Assembly: GCA_965223325.1 (NCBI GenBank) | Contig: CBDCWI010000001.1 | Coordinates: 1,728,001 to 1,792,000, forward strand | Origin: Candidatus Multivoradales bacterium | GTDB lineage: Bacteria; Acidobacteriota; Thermoanaerobaculia; Multivoradales; Multivoraceae | Length of the DNA: 64,000 bases | Direction: 5' to 3' | In this document: positions 50,135-59,500 of the stretch, in pieces | Numbering within the stretch: the stretch's first letter is position 1 | Layout of the letters: every line of letters begins with the position of its first letter | Translations under genes and position numbers: made by a program | Notes under the pieces: model-generated | What the model saw: the letters and a program-made list of their open reading frames with translations, nothing else | Told to the model about the DNA's origin: nothing | Database searches by the model: none

Positions 50135-50299
50135 GGCGGCGCTCCGTTTCTACGTTCGGTTTACGCCTTCGAAAGTACCACGATAGGGCCCCAGAGTCCA
50201 GCAGAATCAGCTGTTTGCAGCGCTCTTCCAGCCCATTGCACCCAATCAATTCACCGGGAGCAATTGCTCAATCGAAGATGTTGAATTAAGGTAATTCGA
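49673..50299. repeat. Near-identical direct repeat of 62749-63375 (5' part of the DUF222-HNH gene plus upstream region)
   Basis: Colinear match at offset 13076 with few substitutions. Confidence 0.9.
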
Positions 50300-50377
50300 C
50301 TGGCGGCGTGGGTTGACGAGCTCGATCCAGTTCTCGAAGACGCGGAGACGCCGGTTCACTCGCCCATCGCCGCTAGA

Positions 50378-50764
50378 GTGGATCAACCGGCATGCGCATT
50401 CGACGCGTTGGCGGTCGGCGCTATCGACGATATGGGACTCGTAGCAAACAGTGAGCTGACGATCTACTCAGGAGATGCCTCCTACTTCTCGACGCATTAT
50501 GGGGAGGCCATCGATTTCTGGGCACCCGGCGTCGACATCAAGATCAGAAGAGCAACGGGCGACTCCACGCAAACTGGAACCTACGCGCGCCAGTGGGGGA
50601 CTTCTTTCAGCGCACCTCACGTGGCAGCGGTTTGGGCACGACTCCGGGCGCAATGCCCACAGCTCAACTTCGATCAGCTGCTCAACAAGCTCAAAACACA
50701 GTGTCCGACGGTATCGTTCGGTGGCATGACACGACCTGAAATCTGTCTTCCTCCGGGCTGCTGA
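50378..50764 (+). pseudogene. C-terminal fragment of a subtilisin-like S8 protease
   Basis: PAC..ALAVGA, IDFWAPGVDI, GTSFSAPHVA (catalytic Ser). The Asp/His region is missing. Confidence 0.75.
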
Positions 50765-50766
50765 GC

Positions 50767-51630
50767 ATGGAGGGCTCTCGTCTGAAGCTCCTACGCTCCT
50801 TCACGAAAGTGACTCCGTGGACCGTAGTGACCATGCTTGTCGCCGCCTTCCAGGGCGAAGCTGTCGTGGCGGCCGTGGGCGCGGCCGGTGGCGAACGGCA
50901 GTCCATAGAGGCCTCGGACAGGTCATACGAGTTGATCTATTCGCCGTTCGAGGCCGACGACCGGGTCGAGTTCGCAGCCGCCCTCGAGGTCGCCGAAGAA
51001 GTCGAAGCCATCAACGCCTGCTTGTCGTACTCCTCGAACGGAAAATTGATCACTCAAGTCGTCGCCAGCCTTTACGAAGGAGGAGACCTTCCCGGAGATG
51101 TCTTGGTTTCACGCGAGGCGACCGTCCAGTTGCAAACCGGCCTGAGCTGTTTCGAAGTGGAGATCGAACCCTCGCTCACCGTCAACGGTGAGATCTGGAT
51201 TGGGCTCGAATACTCGATCGCACGAGCAGAGAGAATCGCAATCCCCCTCGACGTGGATGGAGCTGTTCCGTACAAGACGCTGATTCGAGTCGACGACGCG
51301 AGGAACAACTGGTACTGGGACGAGGTAAGCCGCGGCTATCCGCTCGGCGTGATCTACCGGACCAGCGAATCGGCATGCATCCAATCTCCGGGAGTGGAGT
51401 GCCTTCGCGATGGCCGCTTCGAGGTGAAGGTCAGCTGGAGCGACGGCGAGGGCCTTCAACCCGCCGGACTTCTCCCGTTCACGGACCAGAGCCTCCTCGG
51501 CTACTTCGCCAGCTCAGAGAACATCGAGCTGATCGTTAAAGTGCTCGACGGTTGCTCGATCAACGGGCACTTCTGGTTGTTCGCCGGTGGTGCTACGGAT
51601 CGAGAGGTCAGTGTAGCGGTCTTGGTTTAG
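50767..51630 (+). CDS. Secreted protein with a Thermoanaerobaculia-type C-terminal domain, 3' end cut by the IS
   Basis: Signal-like N-terminus; CLRDGRFEVKVSW..ENIELIVKVLDGCSINGHFWLFAGGAT. The stop codon lies inside the IS end (51612 onward). Confidence 0.7.
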   Translation: MEGSRLKLLRSFTKVTPWTVVTMLVAAFQGEAVVAAVGAAGGERQSIEASDRSYELIYSPFEADDRVEFAAALEVAEEVEAINACLSYSSNGKLITQVVASLYEGGDLPGDVLVSREATVQLQTGLSCFEVEIEPSLTVNGEIWIGLEYSIARAERIAIPLDVDGAVPYKTLIRVDDARNNWYWDEVSRGYPLGVIYRTSESACIQSPGVECLRDGRFEVKVSWSDGEGLQPAGLLPFTDQSLLGYFASSENIELIVKVLDGCSINGHFWLFAGGATDREVSVAVLV

Positions 51631-51753
51631 TGGACAGTTGTTTGTGATGACGGCGATTCTGCCTCGTCGCCTTGGGAATCGGATCGCGAGGTTGCCCTGT
51701 GTTGGGCTTCTCGCGGGTGTTGCATGGTGCAGGTACCGCCATCGTGGCGCTCC

Positions 51754-52674
51754 TCAGGCGGCCTTTGAGAGCTTCCACTCTGAACGGATCTGAGCGGGCG
51801 TCAGGTAGCCGTGCTTCTCGACCAGCCAGTTCTGGTTGTACTTCGCCTTGAAGTCGAGCAACGCGAGACGCAGGTCTTCGACGGTGTCGAATCTCTTCAC
51901 CCAGAGCAGCTGCTCCTTCAGGGTTCGGATGAAGCGCTCGGCGACACCGTTGCCTTCCGGAGCCCGCACGAAGCTCGGCGACGAGCAGATGCCCAGAAAG
52001 TCGATCTCCTGCTGGAAGTCTCGGCTGGCGTACGCGCTGCCCCAGTCGTGGCGCAGGCCCAGGCCCAGCGCGACGCCCTGATCGGGCTCGCCGAAGTGCT
52101 CACGAACGCCCTGGCGCACAGGCTCGAGAGCCTCGAAGCGATTCCCCGACCTCGAGGCGTGGATCCCGATGCACTCGCTGGTGCAGTGATCCACGGCGAC
52201 GAAGATCCAGGCCAGGCCTTCCTCTCTCGTCCAGGTCATCGTTGCGTCGGTGCCCCACATCAGATCGGGCTCTGGCATCGTGATCGTCCCGTCGTGGACC
52301 CGAGGGCCACGCTCGCGACCCACGCGAGTAGGTGCAAGAAGCGAGTTCTCGCGCATCAGGCGTAGCACTCGCTCTCGACCCACGTGGACGTCGCGTGCCC
52401 TCAGGCGAGCCCTCACCTTGCGATGCCCTTCGCCACGCAAGCCGGTCTCCTGCTCGAGCTCGCGCACGACCTCTTGGATCATGGCCACCAGCTCCTGATC
52501 CGAGACCGCCGTCTTCGGGCCGGTCTTGCGCTTCTCGATCCCGCAAGACTCGCGGCGCTTGCGCGCGGCGTAGAAGCCAGACCGGGCAACCTCCCAGAGA
52601 CGACAGACCCGTGATATGCCGTAGCGGATTCCTGTGGAGGGAGAGGGTGCGGCACTCACTTCCTCGACCTCCAT
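51754..52674 (-). CDS. IS3-family transposase OrfB (DDE)
   Basis: WGTD, VAVDHC, RHDWGS, GNGVAERFIRTLKE. Confidence 0.93.
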   Translation of the reverse strand: MEVEEVSAAPSPSTGIRYGISRVCRLWEVARSGFYAARKRRESCGIEKRKTGPKTAVSDQELVAMIQEVVRELEQETGLRGEGHRKVRARLRARDVHVGRERVLRLMRENSLLAPTRVGRERGPRVHDGTITMPEPDLMWGTDATMTWTREEGLAWIFVAVDHCTSECIGIHASRSGNRFEALEPVRQGVREHFGEPDQGVALGLGLRHDWGSAYASRDFQQEIDFLGICSSPSFVRAPEGNGVAERFIRTLKEQLLWVKRFDTVEDLRLALLDFKAKYNQNWLVEKHGYLTPAQIRSEWKLSKAA

Positions 52675-53003
52675 CCAAGAAAAGGCTTCTCGCCCTCCAA
52701 GCGATGGATCTTCTCGAACAGAAGCTCCTGATCCATCGTCAGTTCACCGATCTTCGCCTGCAGCCGCCGCTTGTCCTCGACAAGAGACTCGACCACCGGA
52801 TCCTCGGTACGGGCTTTCAAGCCCTCCTCACCTGCGCTCAGGAAGGACTCGCGCCACTCGCTCAGACGAGCCACCGTCAGGCCGGTCTCGCGCGACACCT
52901 CGTCAAGCGACTCGCCGCGAAGAAGACGCAGGACCACAGAGGCCTTGCGCTTTGCGGACCAACGGCCCTTCGTCTTCGGAGCTCTTCGTTTCGTCTTCGA
53001 CAT
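52656..53003 (-). CDS. IS3-family OrfA (HTH)
   Basis: RWSAKRKASVVLRLLRGESLDEVSRE; overlaps orfB. Confidence 0.9.
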   Translation of the reverse strand: MSKTKRRAPKTKGRWSAKRKASVVLRLLRGESLDEVSRETGLTVARLSEWRESFLSAGEEGLKARTEDPVVESLVEDKRRLQAKIGELTMDQELLFEKIHRLEGEKPFLGWRSRK

Positions 53004-53063
53004 TCGACACCTCCAACCCGAACTTAGCTCGGGTCATGTGTCCAACGAAAACCCAGGCCGACA

Positions 53064-54152
53064 GAGAAGGGAGGAGGCGGGCCTTACGAAGAGGCCTGAT
53101 GCTGGCGAAAGAAGCGCACTGTCGGCAAAGAAGTTCTCGCCAGCCAACCCTCGGCGAGCGGTGATCTTACCCTTGAAGGAGCGAACCACATCCCTCGCTG
53201 CCTCGGGCGAGAAACCTCGCTGTTCAAGAAGTCGACGAGCACCCTTGTTGTTGATCTTCGCAGGGGCCTGGCTAAGACCCCGGCCAAGATTCGACGCCTC
53301 TCGAGCGCGGCGACTCTGAGCAATGTTCTGAGTCACCCGCTGACGAATCTCGCTCCGCGCTCGTGGTAAGGCCCTGACACCTGCCTGCAGCAAGGCCGGA
53401 GGAGGCGATGGCGCCGCCTCATTGGCAGCCCGCACCGCACTACGAGCTCTGCTCGTCCGATTCAAAGACTTGACCGCATCTGCAGCACTGCCGACGGACC
53501 TCCTCGCAGCGCTACTGGCTGTTCCAGCGCCCTTGCTCAGCAAAACCTCCGCAAGAATCTCGGTCTTGAACGCCTGGACCTTGGCAATGGTCTCTGGGTC
53601 GCCCGAGGCAAGTTTCCCGGACGTGCTGGCCACTGCCTTGACCGCGGCGGAAGCCGCCTCGCTTGGATGCTCGACGACGTAGCTGACTCCAGCCTTCACG
53701 CTCTCGATCGTCGACTCAATCGATTCCTCGAGCTCGAGTGCCGCTTCCTGAGCGATCGGGTTGTCGGAGCCCAGGGCAGTGGCGGCACCAACGTTCGCCG
53801 AGAAGTTCAGGAAGCCGACACCCCGATCGACGAGCCCAAGTGCCCCCGCAGCTGAGCCCTTGATCTTCGCTTCTGCCCTGCCTGCGAGGTTCCCCAGCAC
53901 GGTATCTTCGCCGAACACCGCGTCACTGATGCTGGCAGCCCCAGCAATGATCTCGGCCTTCTTGGCTCGGATCCTTTCCTGCAGTGCACGCAGCTCAGCG
54001 ATGCGCCCATCCGGGTCGACCCAGACGGTCGGATTCACCTTGCCGTAGGTGTACCAATGCAGCGACGGCGGGTCACTCAGATCCCCGAAGACGGGATCCT
54101 CGGTGAGGAAGCGACCTAGTTGTGGGTCATAGAAGCGGGCTTCTGAATGTCC
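53064..54152 (-). pseudogene. Orphan Rhs core end + toxin C-terminus, truncated by IS copy 1
   Basis: ARFYDPQLGRFLTEDP..HWYTYGKVNPTVWVDPDG. An in-frame stop lies just upstream (54153-54155), and the frame runs into the IS end. Confidence 0.85.
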
Positions 54153-54302
54153 CTACCGCGATCTCACCCTAAGTCGCTGATTCCATTGAGCTTGCTCGGA
54201 CCCGAGGGTTGGTATGCCCCCATCGTGCTCTTTCGGGATCGCGAGGCCGCCGAACCCCTCGGGAAAATCCCTCCGACCGCGCGCGATAAAGCCGCGCGAG
54301 GT

Positions 54303-54797
54303 CTAGGAGTGAATACCGGTCCAGTCGTACCAATCCGCTCTACACATCTCTGGTCGGATGATCTCGGTGGTGGCAACGTCCACTTCGATCAGCGCGTCGC
54401 CGATCAGCTCCCTTGCCTTGCCAGCCAGACTGCCTACCCCCAGAGGATCCTCTGGCGCTGCCACGAGAACGTAGGCGTGAAGCGAACGCTGATAGTCATA
54501 CGAGTGAAAGCCACGGCGAGCGAAGTCTTCAGATGCGGCAAAGAAGCGATCTCGTTTTTCTTCGGTATCGGCCCAATCAAGAACTCGTTCGACCTCCGTT
54601 CCTCTTCTGAAACCACATCGAGTAGCGAGCTCCTCAACCAAGTCCATCAGACACTCATTCTCTTCACGGGAAACACGCCATTTCTCAAGAATCGGCCCCT
54701 GTCCGGCTGTCGAGAAATGAAGGAGGTTTCCATTCATGTCCAAGGCGAACCACTCAAGATCGGTCGTTTCCAGATCGATGTCTCTGTAGGTTGTCAT
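54303..54797 (-). CDS. Putative immunity protein of the deaminase toxin
   Basis: 164 aa directly after the toxin fragment; EWFALD.NG.LLHFSTAG.G, FARRGFHSYD, Y.LVAAP. Confidence 0.6.
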   Translation of the reverse strand: MTTYRDIDLETTDLEWFALDMNGNLLHFSTAGQGPILEKWRVSREENECLMDLVEELATRCGFRRGTEVERVLDWADTEEKRDRFFAASEDFARRGFHSYDYQRSLHAYVLVAAPEDPLGVGSLAGKARELIGDALIEVDVATTEIIRPEMCRADWYDWTGIHS

Positions 54798-54810
54798 TCG
54801 ATTATCGGCC

Positions 54811-55103
54811 TCAGTCGAAGGGTGTACCTGGCGCGAACTGGCCCCTATCGAAGATCGTGCTGCAGTTCTTGCACACTGGCACAGGCTGGCCTCGAGAAGG
54901 GCGGATCGGCTGGGAAAAGCGAATCTCCTCCAGCCGGAGACTCGGGTTAGCATGGAGCAGCTGGTTGGCGGCGTCAATCTCAGCACATGCGCCAGGGGAG
55001 TTCTTGCACAGTCCCGGCGGAAGATCTTCGACGAGCGGCCTCAGTCGTGGATCCAGCTTGCCTATTTGCGGAGGCTGGGCACGTCCTACTACTGCCCGCC
55101 CTC
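54811..55103 (-). pseudogene. Deaminase-type toxin C-terminal domain, 5' end cut by IS copy 2
   Basis: PGACAEIDAANQ and PVCKNC fit the [HC]AE...PCxxC Zn-deaminase signature (here with one extra residue). Confidence 0.7.
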
Positions 55104-55163
55104 TGTCGGCCTGGGTTTTCGTTGGACACATGACCCGAGCTAAGTTCGGGTTGGAGGTGTCGA

Positions 55164-55511
55164 ATGTCGAAGACGAAACGAAGAGCTCCGAAGACGAAGG
55201 GCCGTTGGTCCGCAAAGCGCAAGGCCTCTGTGGTCCTGCGTCTTCTTCGCGGCGAGTCGCTTGACGAGGTGTCGCGCGAGACCGGCCTGACGGTGGCTCG
55301 TCTGAGCGAGTGGCGCGAGTCCTTCCTGAGCGCAGGTGAGGAGGGCTTGAAAGCCCGTACCGAGGATCCGGTGGTCGAGTCTCTTGTCGAGGACAAGCGG
55401 CGGCTGCAGGCGAAGATCGGTGAACTGACGATGGATCAGGAGCTTCTGTTCGAGAAGATCCATCGCTTGGAGGGCGAGAAGCCTTTTCTTGGATGGAGGT
55501 CGAGGAAGTGA
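55164..55511 (+). CDS. IS3-family OrfA
   Basis: Same protein as 52656-53003. Confidence 0.9.
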   Translation: MSKTKRRAPKTKGRWSAKRKASVVLRLLRGESLDEVSRETGLTVARLSEWRESFLSAGEEGLKARTEDPVVESLVEDKRRLQAKIGELTMDQELLFEKIHRLEGEKPFLGWRSRK

Positions 55512-56413
55512 GTGCCGCACCCTCTCCCTCCACAGGAATCCGCTACGGCATATCACGGGTCTGTCGTCTCTGGGAGGTTGCCCGGTCTGGCTTCTACGCC
55601 GCGCGCAAGCGCCGCGAGTCTTGCGGGATCGAGAAGCGCAAGACCGGCCCGAAGACGGCGGTCTCGGATCAGGAGCTGGTGGCCATGATCCAAGAGGTCG
55701 TGCGCGAGCTCGAGCAGGAGACCGGCTTGCGTGGCGAAGGGCATCGCAAGGTGAGGGCTCGCCTGAGGGCACGCGACGTCCACGTGGGTCGAGAGCGAGT
55801 GCTACGCCTGATGCGCGAGAACTCGCTTCTTGCACCTACTCGCGTGGGTCGCGAGCGTGGCCCTCGGGTCCACGACGGGACGATCACGATGCCAGAGCCC
55901 GATCTGATGTGGGGCACCGACGCAACGATGACCTGGACGAGAGAGGAAGGCCTGGCCTGGATCTTCGTCGCCGTGGATCACTGCACCAGCGAGTGCATCG
56001 GGATCCACGCCTCGAGGTCGGGGAATCGCTTCGAGGCTCTCGAGCCTGTGCGCCAGGGCGTTCGTGAGCACTTCGGCGAGCCCGATCAGGGCGTCGCGCT
56101 GGGCCTGGGCCTGCGCCACGACTGGGGCAGCGCGTACGCCAGCCGAGACTTCCAGCAGGAGATCGACTTTCTGGGCATCTGCTCGTCGCCGAGCTTCGTG
56201 CGGGCTCCGGAAGGCAACGGTGTCGCCGAGCGCTTCATCCGAACCCTGAAGGAGCAGCTGCTCTGGGTGAAGAGATTCGACACCGTCGAAGACCTGCGTC
56301 TCGCGTTGCTCGACTTCAAGGCGAAGTACAACCAGAACTGGCTGGTCGAGAAGCACGGCTACCTGACGCCCGCTCAGATCCGTTCAGAGTGGAAGCTCTC
56401 AAAGGCCGCCTGA
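55493..56413 (+). CDS. IS3-family transposase OrfB
   Basis: Same protein as 51754-52674; GTGA overlap with the orfA stop at 55508-55511. Confidence 0.93.
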   Translation: MEVEEVSAAPSPSTGIRYGISRVCRLWEVARSGFYAARKRRESCGIEKRKTGPKTAVSDQELVAMIQEVVRELEQETGLRGEGHRKVRARLRARDVHVGRERVLRLMRENSLLAPTRVGRERGPRVHDGTITMPEPDLMWGTDATMTWTREEGLAWIFVAVDHCTSECIGIHASRSGNRFEALEPVRQGVREHFGEPDQGVALGLGLRHDWGSAYASRDFQQEIDFLGICSSPSFVRAPEGNGVAERFIRTLKEQLLWVKRFDTVEDLRLALLDFKAKYNQNWLVEKHGYLTPAQIRSEWKLSKAA

Positions 56414-56555
56414 GGAGCGCCACGATGGCGGTACCTGCACCATGCAACACCCGCGAGAAGCCCAACACAGGGCAACCTCGCGATCCGATTCCCAAGGCGA
56501 CGAGGCAGAATCGCCGTCATCACAAACAACTGTCCACTAAACCAAGACCGCTACA

Positions 56556-59500
56556 CCCAGACCCATCGGCGACTGGCGTGCTGGGAACGCTAGCGTCCCT
56601 ATCCTCGAAAGTGTTTCGATGCCGGTTTCGACGGTGCAGCCGTATTCCTTCATCTACTACGGCGCGCCTGGCGGTCCAACCGCCGACAATCTGAACACGG
56701 GCAAGCTGGAATCGCTGACGCTGCCCACTCTTGGAAAACTTAGGTACACGTGGCGTGGCTGGAAGATCCCAACCATGGTCGACTGTGAGCAAACCGGCGA
56801 GTCGAACCCTGAGAGATTTCACGCACCCCAGACAACACCTGGTATCGGCACAAGGCAGAAGACCACCAACTCCAACACTGTTCTAGGGGTGTGGACCTAC
56901 GACAACGACTGGGGTGGCAGTGTAGCGGTGGCCTGTGCGGGGGGAAGCGCCAGCGACCAGACGAAGCACCAGTACACGGTAACTACGGTGACAACGCCGC
57001 TTCTCGACCAGGAGAAGCACTATTTTGCGGCGTGGATGGGTGTTTCCGGCCAATCCCCCCTTGGGCACCGGAGCGAAGAACAAGGGCTGCCGTTTTCGAG
57101 GCACGCATCCACCGTTGATGGCGGAGTGACCCGATACCTCTCCCGGGAGATTCTCGATTGCACATCTTCTGGCACCTGTGGCACTCCTGTTCGAAAGATC
57201 TATTCGGGATGGGAGTTCAACAACGATTCGTGTGAGGTGAAGAGCGCTTGCGGGAATCGCCGAGAATGGACCTCGTTGACCAAGTACCTTGACGATGGAA
57301 GCAAGTTGACCTACGTCGAAAGAGACTGCTTTGACGGAATGGGTCACTACCGCAAGGAGACCTCAGGCGGGACAATTGCTGGGGGCGGAGACAAGGTCGT
57401 TCGTACCGAGTACAATCCCGGCCGAGGGATTCTTGCGGTTGACGATGATGGAAACCAGGTGCCCGCGGGCAGCGCCTGCTTCCCACTCACGGATTTCACA
57501 CCTTGGCCGGTCGGCGATCAATGGGTGCTTGGGACCTACCAGTTCCAAACGGTTTCTGAACCTTCTGCCGGTGACGGCCGGACAGACTTCGGATTCGACT
57601 TGAACACGGGTTTCCTTTCGACCAAGCGCATACGCCTCGTCCCGGGGACGACTGGTTCAGATGATGTAGTGACTACGTGGACTCGCACCGATCTTGGTGG
57701 GGGCGAAGTCCGAATCATCGAGAAACACTTTGGCGGCGATGTTCACGACGCGTCCTCTTCAACCTATGCGTTCAAGCGGGACAGTCGCTACCACTACGGC
57801 ACGCTGAAGCGCTCAGGCTTCGATGGGTTCCCGACCGATCTGAACGGCCTGATTGACAAGAACACCGGCCTGTTCTCCCGCACGGTAGACGGAACGGGCC
57901 TGAAGATCGACTACTCGTACGACAAGATGGGGCGGATTACGAGAATCAAGAACGAGCAAGGCACCTGGGTCCAGTACCAGTACACCGCTCCCTCAGGAAA
58001 CAGCGGTGGGCGCGTGACCACCTACTATAGGGAGAACGGGCAAACCAGCGGATCGGATCTAGCGCGCGAGCAGGTTCGGTTCGATGGCCTGGGCCGCGTC
58101 GTTAGAGAGCGCCGCCTCATGCCGGGTGCTATCTGGAGCGATCGCTTCACGACCTACGACGAGGCTGGGAACAAGAAGTACTTCTCGGAATGGGGCGATG
58201 CCAACAAACGAACGCAGTTCAAGCAGTACGACGCGTTCGGCCGAGCGAGTCGGATCGTTCCCCCTGAGGGAGCGAGCTATGAACGGTTCCTGGCCTACAC
58301 GGGCGTGCGGCTCGTCGAAGAGACGAGCAAGGTTGGAATCGGTGGAAGCGGCGGGACCGTCACTTTGGCCGACGTGACGAAGAAGCTCCACTACGATCGC
58401 CATGGTCGACTCCGATTGGTTGAAGAAGACTCCGCAGGTTCTGGCACCAAGGTCGACACGACCTACTCTTACGACTTCGCGGATCGCCTCACGTCGGCCA
58501 GCACCAGCCACAATGGGACGACACAGACGCGCTCGTTCGCCTATGACCCTCGCGGCTTCCTAACGAGTGAGAACCATCCCGAACGATCAACTGCAGCCAC
58601 CTACTCCCTCTATGACTCCCTAGGCAACGTGGGGTACAAGACGGATGCGTGGAGGAAACTTTGCTACCGCTATGACGGTGCTGGGCGCCCAACGAAAGTA
58701 GAGCGCTTGTCGACAGGACCCTGCGATGCTCAAATGCCCGATGCGCACCCTCTAAAGGAGTGGACCTACGCCACATCGAACGGCAGTGGGGACTGGCGCA
58801 AAGGAAAAGTCACCCGCGCCACGCGGCATAACCTGATCTTCCTGTTCGAACCAACGCAACAGTTTGATGTTGCCGTTCATGAAGACTACGTCTATGGGGG
58901 TATCGACGGCCGAGTCTCTTCTAGAGTTACGGAGGTTAGAACCCACGGAATTCCCTACGACCCGAGTTCAGGATCGCTTGAGAACATCTTTTCTCAGGGA
59001 TTCACCTACAACGCACTGGGAGCGATCTCGAGTTTGTCCTACCCAAAGTGCGATGCGGGTAACTGCCTGAACTACGGCGGCGCCGACCGTACTGTGAGCC
59101 GCAACTACGACAGCGGCTTCTTGGCTTCGATTCCTGGGTACGTCAACTCGATCTCGTACCACAGCAACCAGGCGATCAATCAGATCGCCTTCGCCAGCGG
59201 CGTCGGCGAGACCCACGATCTTGATCCGTACAACCGCCAGCGAACCCGCCGCATCCAAACAACCGGGGTGGTGGGAAGCAACAATTGGGACACCGGGACC
59301 TACTCGTATGACGGGGTCGGCAACGTGACTAGGATTGGCACCAGCTGGTACAGATACGATGAAGTCAGCCGGCTCAAAGACTCAGGCATCTACCTCGGCC
59401 TCGGCGGTGGCGGCACGTCGAGGACCCAGAGCTATTCCTACGATGCGTTTGGAAACCTCACGAACACGACGGGCAACGACGGCGTGTCGAGCCCCGTTGT

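Larger units (their letters stand above)
51612..53063 (-). mobile_element. IS3-family element, copy 1 (1452 bp)
   Basis: TG..CA ends with imperfect 25-bp IRs (TGTCGGCC..TTGGACA / TGTAGCGG..GTGGACA); orfA + orfB; inverted mirror of copy 2. Confidence 0.93.
55104..56555 (+). mobile_element. IS3-family element, copy 2 (1452 bp)
   Basis: Encodes the same proteins as copy 1, in inverted orientation. Confidence 0.93.

Noticed and set aside
51600-56565. Target-site duplications for the IS3 copies
   Set aside because: The flanks (GTCAG / GAGAA; CCCTC / CCCAG) give no exact 3-5 bp direct repeat in any pairing, including after hypothetical inversion.
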